Source: an uncultured Gammaproteobacteria bacterium (GTDB lineage Bacteria; Patescibacteriota; Microgenomatia; Levybacterales; GWA1-39-11). Taken from it: a stretch of DNA of 64,000 nucleotides. The stretch lies in assembly GCA_964537315.1 (NCBI GenBank), contig CAZIAP010000002.1:43237-107236 (forward strand), in the 5' to 3' direction. Under the pieces are notes generated by a model. The model had not been told where the DNA came from. It saw only the letters and a list, made by a program, of their open reading frames with translations, and did no database searches. Positions 19,165 through 28,640 of this stretch are shown here, one piece after another. Position 1 is the first letter of the stretch. The number at the start of each line of letters is the position of its first letter. The translations under genes and the position numbers were made by a program.

Positions 19165-21333
19165 ATGTCTATGGATAACAATAAAGCAGTAGAAGAATTG
19201 TTAAAACCAGTGAGTCCGGAAGAGGCTCTAAAAAGATACACTATTAATTTCACTCAAATTGCTCGAGAAGGTAGGCTAGATCCTGTGATCGGACGCGAAA
19301 ATGAAATCCGCAGGATAATGCAAATTTTATCCCGTAGAACGAAAAATAACCCGGTTTTAATTGGCGATCCGGGTGTGGGTAAAACAGCTATTGTTGAGGG
19401 TTTGGCTCAAAAAATTGTTAATAACGAAGTGCCTACTACTTTAAAAGACAAAGAACTTCTTTCGCTTGATTTTGCCCAACTACTTGCTGGTGCAAAGTTT
19501 CGTGGAGAATTTGAAGAGAGGCTGAAGGCTGTAGTAAAAGGCATAGAGTCGGGAGAGGGTAAGTATATTGTGTTCATCGATGAATTACACACCATTGTTG
19601 GAGGAGGAGCATCAGAAGGAGCTGTTGATGCAGCCAACATTCTTAAGCCATCGCTTGCGCGAGGGTCGTTGCGTATGATAGGAGCGACTACTATCCAGGA
19701 GTACCGTAAGTATATTGAAAGAGATCAAGCTCTTGCACGTAGATTCCAACCGGTTCAGGTAGATGAGCCAAGTCAAGAAGACGCAGTATCTATCCTACGG
19801 GGAATAAAAGAGAAGTACGAGCTTCATCATGGGATACGTATTACAGATAATGCTTTGATCTCTGCAGTTAAACTGTCTGCCCAATACATTCCTCATAGAT
19901 TTCTACCAGATAAAGCAATTGATCTTATTGATGAAGCTGCATCGGGTATAAAAATTGAAACAGAGAGTATGCCAACTGAGCTGGAGGAGCTTAGGCGTAG
20001 AATAACTCAGATTGAGATTGAACAGGCAGCCTTAAAGAAAGAAAACACCCCAGTTGCAAAACAAAAACTTGACGACGGAAAAAAACAGCTTAAAGAGTTA
20101 AAAAAACAAGCGGACGAACTAGAAAAGTACTGGAACGAGCAGAAAGATATTATGCAACAGATGCAATCAGTTCGTGCTCAGAGAGATGCTTTGCGAATTG
20201 AAATGGATCGTGCTGAACGAGCTGTGGATCTTGAAAAAGCTGCAGAAATAAAGTACGGTAAACTTCCAGAAATTGAAAAGAAGCTAAGTGAACTACACTC
20301 GGAGTGGGGGAAAATTCCTCGTGAAAAAAGGATTTTAAGAGAGGAAGTAGATGAGGAAGATATTGCTAAAGTTGTAGCACGATGGACAGGAATTCCTGTG
20401 AGCTCAATACTGGAGTCAGAAACTGAAAAGCTAATACATTTAGAGGATAAGCTTCAGGAGCGAGTGGTTGGACAGAAAGAGTCTCTTACGGCAATCGCAA
20501 AAGCGATTAGACGTAATCGTTCAGGTATCTCTGACAGAACACGACCTATTGGAAGCTTCCTATTTTTAGGACCGACAGGTGTAGGGAAAACAGAGACTGC
20601 GAGAGCTTTAGCTCAGCTGCTTTTTAATGATGAGCACGCAATGGTTCGCATCGATATGTCCGAATACCAAGAGTCGCATACTGTGGCTCGTCTGATAGGA
20701 GCCCCTCCTGGATATGTGGGTTTCGATGAAGGAGGTCAACTTACAGAAGCTGTGAGAAGGAAGCCTTATTCCGTAATCTTGTTTGATGAGATTGAAAAAG
20801 CTCACCCCCAAGTTTTTAATCTATTTTTACAGATGCTCGATGACGGTAGGCTAACTGACAGCAAAGGAGTAACAGTTGATTTTCGCAATACTATAGTTAT
20901 AATGACCTCGAATCTTGGCAGTGAAATGATTTACGAGTATGCTGGCAAAAATGAAAAAGAACTTGAGTTGAAAATGTGGCAATTACTGCGCAATCATTTT
21001 AAACCAGAGTTTCTTAATAGGTTGGATAGAGTAATTATGTATCATCCACTGACGCGTGATGAGATCCTGCAGATCAGTAAGTTGCAGCTTGAGCGGGTAC
21101 AACGTCGACTTGCTGAAAATAATATTCATATAAAAATAACCGATGAGCTGATAGCTTATTTTGCAGCAGCAGGTTTTGACGAGACGTTTGGTGCACGACC
21201 TCTTAAAAGACTTGTCGATGAAAAACTGCTTGACGAATTGGCATTACAGATAATAGAAGGAAAGATTCTCCCAGGAGACTCAGTTACTCCACACTTAAAG
21301 AATGATCAGATAGAGTTCTCACTCCCTTCGTAA
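19165..21333 (+). CDS. clpB: ClpB-type AAA+ chaperone lacking the N-domain (two AAA modules plus a middle coiled-coil)
   Basis: [45 protein letters not shown] (AAA-1). A long coiled-coil middle region. [48 protein letters not shown] (AAA-2), C-terminal D2-small domain. At 722 aa it has no ClpB N-terminal domain. Confidence 0.85.
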   Translation: MSMDNNKAVEELLKPVSPEEALKRYTINFTQIAREGRLDPVIGRENEIRRIMQILSRRTKNNPVLIGDPGVGKTAIVEGLAQKIVNNEVPTTLKDKELLSLDFAQLLAGAKFRGEFEERLKAVVKGIESGEGKYIVFIDELHTIVGGGASEGAVDAANILKPSLARGSLRMIGATTIQEYRKYIERDQALARRFQPVQVDEPSQEDAVSILRGIKEKYELHHGIRITDNALISAVKLSAQYIPHRFLPDKAIDLIDEAASGIKIETESMPTELEELRRRITQIEIEQAALKKENTPVAKQKLDDGKKQLKELKKQADELEKYWNEQKDIMQQMQSVRAQRDALRIEMDRAERAVDLEKAAEIKYGKLPEIEKKLSELHSEWGKIPREKRILREEVDEEDIAKVVARWTGIPVSSILESETEKLIHLEDKLQERVVGQKESLTAIAKAIRRNRSGISDRTRPIGSFLFLGPTGVGKTETARALAQLLFNDEHAMVRIDMSEYQESHTVARLIGAPPGYVGFDEGGQLTEAVRRKPYSVILFDEIEKAHPQVFNLFLQMLDDGRLTDSKGVTVDFRNTIVIMTSNLGSEMIYEYAGKNEKELELKMWQLLRNHFKPEFLNRLDRVIMYHPLTRDEILQISKLQLERVQRRLAENNIHIKITDELIAYFAAAGFDETFGARPLKRLVDEKLLDELALQIIEGKILPGDSVTPHLKNDQIEFSLPS

Positions 21334-21355
21334 AATTGGGACCCCCTCATCTTAA

Positions 21356-21376
21356 TCTTCTCCCAGAGGGAGAAGA
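21356..21376 (+). terminator. Stem-loop immediately after the clpB stop (9-bp perfect stem, 3-nt loop), no U-tract
   Basis: TCTTCTCCC (21356-21364), AGA, GGGAGAAGA (21368-21376). No T-run follows, so the intrinsic-terminator call is tentative. Confidence 0.3.
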
Positions 21377-21428
21377 ACAAATGTATAATACAAATTGTAA
21401 TAAAATCACTGATGGTATTGACATGTAG

Positions 21429-21457
21429 TTATCCACATTCGTATACTGTTATCCACA
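21429..21457 (+). promoter_or_regulatory. Two perfect DnaA boxes (TTATCCACA) upstream of dnaA
   Basis: TTATCCACA at 21429-21437 and 21449-21457, 12 nt before the dnaA ATG (21469), in an AT-rich stretch. Confidence 0.8.
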
Positions 21458-21468
21458 ATAGAAAACAT

Positions 21469-22809
21469 ATGGATGATCTGTGGAAATCTGTACTTGCTGA
21501 AATAGAAATAAACATTACTAAGCCTACATTTCACATGTTCTTTCGGGGTACCAATCTCGAAAGCCTTGAAAACAATGTAGCAACCATCTCTGCCCCTAAC
21601 ATTATGATCGCCGATTATATCGAAAAAAGGTATTACGGTGTAATAAAGCAAATTATTGATAAAAAAACCAACGGGAATGTAAGTCTGGTTTTTCTAACCA
21701 GTACCAGTGCAAAGAGAAGAGAAGAAGGAGGAAGTGCTGGTCCTCTCTTTTCTGAGGCTCCCACTGTTACGCGATCAAGGCCAAAGCGGATAAACAAGGA
21801 CTATACTTTTGAGTCATTTGCGGTGTCGGAAACCAATCAATTAGCTTATACAGCTGCACAAACTGTCGCAGCAAATCCTGGCGACAGATACAATCCTGTT
21901 TTTTTATACGGTACGGTAGGTGTGGGTAAAACCCATTTGATGCACGCTATTGCAAACTCTATTTTTGAAAAAAATAACGAAGTAAATGTGTTGTACCTTA
22001 CAACGGAAGAGTTTACCAATGAGGTGGTGGAGTCGATAAGGGGAAAGACTACAACTCAGATGAGAAAAAAATTTCGCAATGTAGACTTACTCTTGCTGGA
22101 TGATATCCAGTTCCTAAGCGGCAAAGAGAAGGTTCAGGAAGAGCTTTTTCATACCTTTAACAGCTTGATTGAAAAAGGAGGACAGATTGTATTCACCTCA
22201 GACCGTCCACCGTCAGAGATCCCTAAAATTGAAGCACGTCTAGCATCTCGTTTCGAAGGGGGTTTGACAGTGGATATTGAGCCTCCTGACTTTGAGTTGC
22301 GTACTGCAATTTTGCTTATGAAATCTGAAAAATATGATTTGGACTTCTCAATTGAGATGGCAAAAACGGTTGCTGAGCGCATCACAGACACACGCGCGCT
22401 TGAAGGATTTTTACTTCGCCTTTCTACATTGATGAGCGCCAACCCAGATAAGCATATCTCTGAGCAAGCTATACTTCGGTTACTTGGTAAGCGCGCAGAC
22501 AGACCACAAACGATTAAGCCTGATCAGATTATTGAAGCAATTTGTGATTACTACAATATTAAGCAGACTCAGTTAAAAGGGAAAAAACGGGATGCCTCTC
22601 TTGTTCGGCCTAGACATGTGTGTATGTACCTCTTAAAAGAAGAAGGAGGACTTACATTTTCTGATATCGGAAACTTATTAGGGGGTCGAGACCATACTAC
22701 GGTTATGCACGCTGTAGATAAAATTACTAAGCTGATGTCAGATTCGGATACAACCCAAGAAGAGGTTGGTTCTATCAAACAGAAAATGCGTGAAGACTAC
22801 TTACAGTAA
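21469..22809 (+). CDS. dnaA: Chromosomal replication initiator DnaA
   Basis: NPVFLYGTVGVGKTHLMHAIAN (Walker A), LLLLDDIQFL (Walker B), the ...FTSDRPP... sensor, and C-terminal DNA-binding LTFSDIGNLLGGRDHTTVMHA. Start taken at ATG 21469 (MDDLWKS...) rather than the upstream non-ATG extension. Confidence 0.9.
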   Translation: MDDLWKSVLAEIEINITKPTFHMFFRGTNLESLENNVATISAPNIMIADYIEKRYYGVIKQIIDKKTNGNVSLVFLTSTSAKRREEGGSAGPLFSEAPTVTRSRPKRINKDYTFESFAVSETNQLAYTAAQTVAANPGDRYNPVFLYGTVGVGKTHLMHAIANSIFEKNNEVNVLYLTTEEFTNEVVESIRGKTTTQMRKKFRNVDLLLLDDIQFLSGKEKVQEELFHTFNSLIEKGGQIVFTSDRPPSEIPKIEARLASRFEGGLTVDIEPPDFELRTAILLMKSEKYDLDFSIEMAKTVAERITDTRALEGFLLRLSTLMSANPDKHISEQAILRLLGKRADRPQTIKPDQIIEAICDYYNIKQTQLKGKKRDASLVRPRHVCMYLLKEEGGLTFSDIGNLLGGRDHTTVMHAVDKITKLMSDSDTTQEEVGSIKQKMREDYLQ

Positions 22810-22823
22810 CGTTTTCCTCGCTG

Positions 22824-22843
22824 TTATCCACAGTTTATCCACA
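22824..22843 (+). promoter_or_regulatory. Two perfect DnaA boxes (TTATCCACA) in the dnaA-dnaN intergenic region (oriC candidate)
   Basis: TTATCCACA at 22824-22832 and 22835-22843, followed by about 150 bp of very AT-rich sequence before dnaN. Confidence 0.75.
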
Positions 22844-22997
22844 AAAAAAGACGTTTAGTTAAGTAGCTTTTCCACATATTCAGATGACATACACAATGAG
22901 ATATGATACTATTGCTAGACTGTAAGATTGTTGTGTTAGTCAGTATTGTATTTTTTAAGTAATTTTAAGACACACAACCATTTAACTGTTTTATCAT

Positions 22998-24098
22998 ATG
23001 AAAGCGCAACTACTTGTTGAAAATATAGAGCCATACTTGTCGTCTCTTGCTAAAGCACTTCCGAATCACTCTCCTGTTCCTGTATTGTTAAACATATTAA
23101 TTGAAGCAACGCACTCTGGATTGTATATCTCGGCAACCGACTTAGAGCTGGGAATAAAAACAAAGATTCCAGGAAAGATTGATCAAGAGGGGGCGGTTAC
23201 TGTTCCTGGAAAACAGTTTATTGAAATTTTAAACTCTTTACCGAAAGGAAAAGTTACTTTAACTTACGAAAAAGAAGCAGTGACCATAGAGTCAGCAGGA
23301 GGAAATATCGTACTTCAAACTATACCTAAAGAAGAGTTTCCTAATCTGTTCGAAGAAAAAGGTGAAAAAGTTTATACATTTACGAAAACCGAACTGAAGG
23401 ACATTTTTACTAAGGTTATTTTTTCTTCATCAGTTGATGACTCACGTGCAGAGCTGAGCGGAGTATATATCGCGCAAAAAGAAGATCACGTAGATTTTGT
23501 AGCCACTGATGGATATAGATTATCTCTAAAGCGTGTGGATGGAAAAAAAATACTGGAAGCAGATAGCGGGATTATTGTCTCATCAAAATTTATTGCTGAA
23601 GCACTAACACTCAATAGCGAGTCATTGGATTTTTATGTTTATCAGCAGGGAAATCAAGTTTTGCTTGAGGCTGACAACACTGTCTTGGTAGGGCGGCTTA
23701 TTCAGGGCAACTTTCCCAATTATGAGCGAGTAATCCCGCAAGAAGGAGCAACAAAGGCAGTGATTGATGTAGATGAATTTGCAAAATCTATTAGGCTTGC
23801 GACTGTGTTCGCAAGAGAAAGCGCCAACATAGTAAGAGTCAAAATAGCAGACAAACAACTTAGGCTTTTTTCTCGATCTTCAGGTGTAGGTGAAGGAGAC
23901 ATACAAATTGCTGTAGATCAAACAGGAGAAGAAAACGAGATTGCATTTAATGTGAAATTTTTAGGAGAGTTATTAAGAACAGTTGATGAGAAGAGAATAA
24001 CACTTTCAATTAATGGTCCACTTGAGCCTGCATTATTTAAACTTGAAAAAGACACAAGCTTTCTCCATGTCATCATGCCTGTTAGGGTCCAGGAGTAG
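22998..24098 (+). CDS. dnaN: DNA polymerase III beta sliding clamp DnaN
   Basis: 366 aa with three-domain beta-clamp organisation: LLNILIEATHSGLYISATDLELGIK...GRLIQGNFPNYERVIP...LEPALF. Sits in the canonical position after dnaA. Confidence 0.85.
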   Translation: MKAQLLVENIEPYLSSLAKALPNHSPVPVLLNILIEATHSGLYISATDLELGIKTKIPGKIDQEGAVTVPGKQFIEILNSLPKGKVTLTYEKEAVTIESAGGNIVLQTIPKEEFPNLFEEKGEKVYTFTKTELKDIFTKVIFSSSVDDSRAELSGVYIAQKEDHVDFVATDGYRLSLKRVDGKKILEADSGIIVSSKFIAEALTLNSESLDFYVYQQGNQVLLEADNTVLVGRLIQGNFPNYERVIPQEGATKAVIDVDEFAKSIRLATVFARESANIVRVKIADKQLRLFSRSSGVGEGDIQIAVDQTGEENEIAFNVKFLGELLRTVDEKRITLSINGPLEPALFKLEKDTSFLHVIMPVRVQE

Positions 24099-24102
24099 AA
24101 GA

Positions 24103-24729
24103 CTAGTAGATGTGATCAGTATGATTCGAGTAATCTTTTAAATCCGATCCCCATTTTTCAATATAGCCGTCTACTGTTGTGGGTACAAATACTTGTATTT
24201 CCATAACTTCATCTTTAAACTCATTACCTCTTACTGCAAATCCTTGAGAAGCGTAAATATAAGTTTTAAGAAACTTACCAAACATTTCAGATCCAGTAAA
24301 CTCTCGTTCAGGTGTTCCTAAGTTGCTTACCAGTTCAGATAAACTTGGGTATTGCTCAGTTGGGTTAGCTGTTACGATTTTTTCATAGATCACAGTATCA
24401 CCATTAATAATGATTTGATTATCTCTTAATGAGCTTGCAGATTTATAATTATATTGTTTTCCTAGAGAAGTGTCTTCCACGCTTCTTGGTTGTCCTAGCT
24501 GAGCAATCACGTCGCTGGTTGTAACACCAGGGTTTGTTTTTTGCATTGGGATAATTTTATAATTTTGAGAGGTTCTTTCAGTATTGTTGACAGGTGGTTC
24601 GTTACCTACTTGGTTATTGTTGCGAAAATTGTACAAGATTATAACTCCCACAATAAGTGCAATAATACATCCAACTGTGATGATTAGAATCCACATTTTA
24701 TATCTATCAATTAATGCAATGATTTTCAT
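24103..24729 (-). CDS. Hypothetical membrane-anchored extracytoplasmic protein
   Basis: 208 aa. N-terminal TM (MWILIITVGCIIALIVGVIILY) then a soluble domain. First gene of the minus-strand block after dnaN. Confidence 0.4.
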   Translation of the reverse strand: MKIIALIDRYKMWILIITVGCIIALIVGVIILYNFRNNNQVGNEPPVNNTERTSQNYKIIPMQKTNPGVTTSDVIAQLGQPRSVEDTSLGKQYNYKSASSLRDNQIIINGDTVIYEKIVTANPTEQYPSLSELVSNLGTPEREFTGSEMFGKFLKTYIYASQGFAVRGNEFKDEVMEIQVFVPTTVDGYIEKWGSDLKDYSNHTDHIY

Positions 24730-24730
24730 A

Positions 24731-25420
24731 TCAATAGTCTCCTAATATTTTTCTTGCAGTTTCAAAGTGTTTAGGATATTTTCCATCAGCAAAAGGTACT
24801 ACACCGCGCAGTTCACATCCGGTTTGCTCCAGTACATTTCTATTTAAATAGTATGTTATCATTTCCGCGTAATCTTCAGTAATTGGAGGCGTTCCATAAC
24901 AACCTGAAGCACCATAACCTGTCATTCCGCCCTCTGAAACGAATGCATTTTCATGATCCGTAGTTGCTCTTTCTCCATCACCACACCAGTAAATAATATG
25001 ACCAAACTCATGAATCAAAACCACTTTGAATAGTGTTGCATCTCCTCGTGTAATGCCCAGCTCATCTCTTAAGAGAAATGTCTTACAACCTGTTTGTTCA
25101 GACATACCACTATGTGCTGTTACAACAGTTCCACGAACTAAATTGATAAAATTTGTATGTGATACATCCCAATATTTTTCCCACGCCCATTGAAGCTGTT
25201 CTTGGGTAAATCCATTCATTGTTATACCAAACTCATCTATAATTCCTTGCCTAATATCTTGTGGTGGAGGAGGGGCTTCACCACCTTGAGTAGGAGGTTG
25301 TGTTGTTGGATTTCCAACACGGGTTGTTACTTTTTCGCTTCTTGTTTGCGCATAAAGAGATAAACCAAACGAAAAGAATAAAACAAATATTGTAAAAATA
25401 ATAACGCTGCTTTTTTTCAT
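24731..25420 (-). CDS. Secreted protein with HExxH zinc-metallopeptidase motif
   Basis: Signal peptide MKKSSVIIFTIFVLFFSFGLSLYAQ, then VVLIHEFGHIIYW (HExxH) with a downstream Glu. Start placed at ATG 25420; the track's 25435 is a TTG. Confidence 0.45.
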   Translation of the reverse strand: MKKSSVIIFTIFVLFFSFGLSLYAQTRSEKVTTRVGNPTTQPPTQGGEAPPPPQDIRQGIIDEFGITMNGFTQEQLQWAWEKYWDVSHTNFINLVRGTVVTAHSGMSEQTGCKTFLLRDELGITRGDATLFKVVLIHEFGHIIYWCGDGERATTDHENAFVSEGGMTGYGASGCYGTPPITEDYAEMITYYLNRNVLEQTGCELRGVVPFADGKYPKHFETARKILGDY

Positions 25421-25428
25421 GTTTACAC

Positions 25429-25959
25429 TTAACAACCCAAGGGCATTGGGTTGAACTCTGTATTAGTATCTTTAACAGACTGAGACGTGAATGCGCTTAA
25501 GTAAAATACTAGCGGTAAGTAGCAAATATCATTTTGATTAATGCCTTCCTTATTCAAGTAATCTTGAACTTCTTCCTTTGCTTGATTGATGTCAGTAGTA
25601 AGAATTTCTGCCATGAACACATCAGGTGATGCAATATATTCCAATCTATATTTGGCAGTTTTGTGAACAATACCACTTGTATTATTCAGTCTACCAATTA
25701 TTGATTGTCTTGTAGATCTTCCTTGCTCAGATAATTCCTGACGGTTTTGAATAACATCAATCGTTTTTCTTTTGGCCTCAGTGTTATAGGAGACGTTTTC
25801 TCTAATTGCCTTTCCTTGAAATGTTGGGACTGGCGTGGGCTGAGTAGGTGAATCATCAGGCAAGTCCTGTTTACTTAAATTCATGTAAACAACAATTACT
25901 ATACAAGTAATAATAAATACTCCAATGATGGCAAATAATACAGTTACTTTCTTATTCAT
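25429..25959 (-). CDS. Hypothetical membrane-anchored protein
   Basis: 176 aa with an N-terminal TM and a GGGGAGGAAA RBS upstream. No known domain. Confidence 0.4.
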   Translation of the reverse strand: MNKKVTVLFAIIGVFIITCIVIVVYMNLSKQDLPDDSPTQPTPVPTFQGKAIRENVSYNTEAKRKTIDVIQNRQELSEQGRSTRQSIIGRLNNTSGIVHKTAKYRLEYIASPDVFMAEILTTDINQAKEEVQDYLNKEGINQNDICYLPLVFYLSAFTSQSVKDTNTEFNPMPLGC

Positions 25960-28640
25960 CTAGCGTTTCCTCCCCACAAATGATCAGCGCATGCCCAATA
26001 TTCCCACTGCCTTCCGATAGTGACCAAGTATTTATTATAGTTTATCGCGTTTGTTGTTTGTTTTCGCCAATCCACGTCGCCATGGTCAAACTCTCCGTTT
26101 CTACCTCTACCCATTTGGTAAAGACCCCATGCGCCAACTGGGTCAGGTGTCCCAATACTTTCATGAGACGCGTAAGTATTAGGATTATAACCTGGGGCTT
26201 CGCAAGGAATGATATTAAAGAACCACTCATCTGCATGTTGAGGGTCCAGATCCTTAAGTAAAGTATACAGCTTATCTTTATCGCTCGGACGTCTGTTTGT
26301 AAGTAATGAGCAGGATGGGTCTCCGAAGTTTGCTCCTGTGCCATCTTTGTGATAAGGATTATTAAGATCGTAATATCCTTCACAAGTCTCGCTATTTGCA
26401 GGTGTGTCGCCTCCGGAGTGTATAGGAGTACTAGCACCGACTTCTTCAGCCCAAGCTTGATTTTCGACATAAAAATCTGTATTTAAAGGACGAATAGTCA
26501 GGAAGAAAGTTTGAGATTTGACTTGCCCAGGTGAGCCACCATTAAAACTTCCTGTATAAGTTTCTGCTACTGCCTGCATTCTATTTGAAAATCTCTGTTG
26601 GTTGTCTCTGTAATAGCTCCCCCAACTTTCCATAGTGGCTCTCCAGTTGTCTTGCCTTGCAATATCTCCTGCAACTTCAAGGGCATTATTTATAGCGTTA
26701 ATCGCTGGGTCCATCAGAAGTATGGCTATTAGTTGTTGTGCTTGAGCTTCTGCAGCAGTGGTTGGTCGTTGAGTACCAGGTGTTCCAGGTCTTCCTGCTT
26801 GTTGGAGTATTTCTTCAATTGATTTTGCAGGAAATGTAGATGGATTTGTGATACCACCTTCATCAATTACTCTTTGTCCGACTCGTTGCACGGTTGCTGC
26901 ATCGACTGCGCCATAAACCGCCATGAAGTCTTCGGCAAGGTGGTCGACGACTTGTGCGACTTGAACCCCTCCTACTTGCCAATCTCCAGAGTTGAAGCCA
27001 CCTATACAACCTGCATTGATATTGTTACGGCTTAATTCTTGAATGTCATCGCAGTTCCATGAGTAAGGATTTGCTCTTGATCCTTCAATTGCCATAGTCC
27101 ATATTACTGCAAGAAACGGATCAACATATTTTGGATCGTTGTTAGGCGCTTTAGAGAGTATATATGTTTGGTATTGATTAATTAAACTCCCAAGACGGTT
27201 TGCGTTTGCAATATCTTCATTAGAATAAACTGCATCAGATTCTCCACTCGGAGGGAGTAGATTATACGGTGATTGAGTATATTTATTAATATCAATGGTT
27301 TCAGATGAGGGTCGTGGAAGTTCCGGACCAATTATTGCCTGGTTATCATTAAGCGACCATCTGATTCTCGTGACATTACCTAAAGAATTTTCATCTGGAG
27401 TATAGTTTCCGGATGCGCTTACGAACTCTGTGCCAGGCGGAATAGTGTCATAAATCATAACATTTCCAGTCCCGTTATAAGAGACGTTTATCGTGTACAT
27501 AATATCGTCGCCATTTGCAACTTGCGCGGGCGCAGATTTGCTTAAGGTAATTCTTTGAGACGCATCAGGTACAGAAGCAGGAGGTGGAGATGGTTGGGCA
27601 ATATAATAGTCATCGTAGTCAGATTGTCCAGTACTAGTTAAGATGAAAATGAAAAGAATAAGCAAAATAATTATCGCAACAACTACCCAGAACCATGGAC
27701 TTGCTGCAAGAGGAGCAACACGTGCAGCCATTGAGGCAAGTCGAATTCCTTTTCCCATTCTTTGTATACGAGAAAATCTCCCCAGAGAGTTCGCTCTTCT
27801 TCTGGCTTTAGCTCTAATGTTTCTTTGAATATGTTCTCTTGTAAGTCTAGGATCCATTCTTTGTCTAATTGGTGAGGTTGGCATGGAGGGTCGGCTAGGA
27901 TGCGGTGATTCAGATGGGAGAATTCTTTGTTTGACAGTATTGATGGTTTTGTCTACTGCTCTTTGTACAATATCTTGGATCAAACTAGAAGGATCATCAG
28001 TAGGATAGTTGCTAACCTTGTTATCTATTTCGTCCCAGGATGTTGGTTCTATTTCTTCTGGGGGCGTGAATAACGGATGGTTTTTGGCGTAAGGTATATA
28101 ATAGTCTGCTTTTTCAGGAAATGATTTGTTCTTAAAATCTGCAATTGTCTCTTTGTATCTTTGTTTAAGTGTGTCATTTTTTTCTTGTACTGAACCATAT
28201 GTACCTTTTTTAAGCCTTTCAATATGATCTTTTGCTTTCTTCCAATACCTAACTACAGTTGGATCTTTGTCAGGATTGGGTGTAAAGTGTCCTTGGCTTT
28301 TATCACCATGTATGCCTTTTTTAAGATACTTCTGGTAAACATCCGGATGATTTGCTCTCATCTGAGCCTCTGCTGCAAAGATTGCATGATCGTGGGTTCT
28401 TTGATCACGGATTTTCTGCAAACCCTGTAGTGTGGGAAGATTACTTTTGTTAGGAGCTTGTTGCTTAAACCGTTCTTTTTCGCTCGAATAGTACTTTAAA
28501 AATTGTGGATCTTCGTAGAGGTTTAGTGCTGGAAGTTGATAGTCATTTTTAAAGACATTAAGCAATTCCCCTTCAGGAATAGGGGATCCATTAACAAGTT
28601 TTTTCAAGCTCTCAGGTAGTATTGAACTCTCATTATCCAT
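25956..28640 (-). CDS. Large bitopic surface protein (894 aa) with a DUF11-like repeat
   Basis: About 300-aa basic N-region, TM (WFWVVVAIIILLILFIFIL), then a roughly 560-aa C-region containing DIMYTINVSYNGTGNVMIYDTIPPGTEFVSASGNYT (conserved-repeat/DUF11-like). Overlaps the virB4-like gene by 8 nt. Confidence 0.5.
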   Translation of the reverse strand: MDNESSILPESLKKLVNGSPIPEGELLNVFKNDYQLPALNLYEDPQFLKYYSSEKERFKQQAPNKSNLPTLQGLQKIRDQRTHDHAIFAAEAQMRANHPDVYQKYLKKGIHGDKSQGHFTPNPDKDPTVVRYWKKAKDHIERLKKGTYGSVQEKNDTLKQRYKETIADFKNKSFPEKADYYIPYAKNHPLFTPPEEIEPTSWDEIDNKVSNYPTDDPSSLIQDIVQRAVDKTINTVKQRILPSESPHPSRPSMPTSPIRQRMDPRLTREHIQRNIRAKARRRANSLGRFSRIQRMGKGIRLASMAARVAPLAASPWFWVVVAIIILLILFIFILTSTGQSDYDDYYIAQPSPPPASVPDASQRITLSKSAPAQVANGDDIMYTINVSYNGTGNVMIYDTIPPGTEFVSASGNYTPDENSLGNVTRIRWSLNDNQAIIGPELPRPSSETIDINKYTQSPYNLLPPSGESDAVYSNEDIANANRLGSLINQYQTYILSKAPNNDPKYVDPFLAVIWTMAIEGSRANPYSWNCDDIQELSRNNINAGCIGGFNSGDWQVGGVQVAQVVDHLAEDFMAVYGAVDAATVQRVGQRVIDEGGITNPSTFPAKSIEEILQQAGRPGTPGTQRPTTAAEAQAQQLIAILLMDPAINAINNALEVAGDIARQDNWRATMESWGSYYRDNQQRFSNRMQAVAETYTGSFNGGSPGQVKSQTFFLTIRPLNTDFYVENQAWAEEVGASTPIHSGGDTPANSETCEGYYDLNNPYHKDGTGANFGDPSCSLLTNRRPSDKDKLYTLLKDLDPQHADEWFFNIIPCEAPGYNPNTYASHESIGTPDPVGAWGLYQMGRGRNGEFDHGDVDWRKQTTNAINYNKYLVTIGRQWEYWACADHLWGGNAR

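Noticed and set aside
21412-21468. Upstream extension of dnaA to 21412 (MVLTCSYPHSYTVIHNRKH)
   Set aside because: The extension is a non-ATG start that reads through the two DnaA boxes, and its codons translate the TTATCCACA boxes. The ATG at 21469 gives a canonical DnaA N-terminus.
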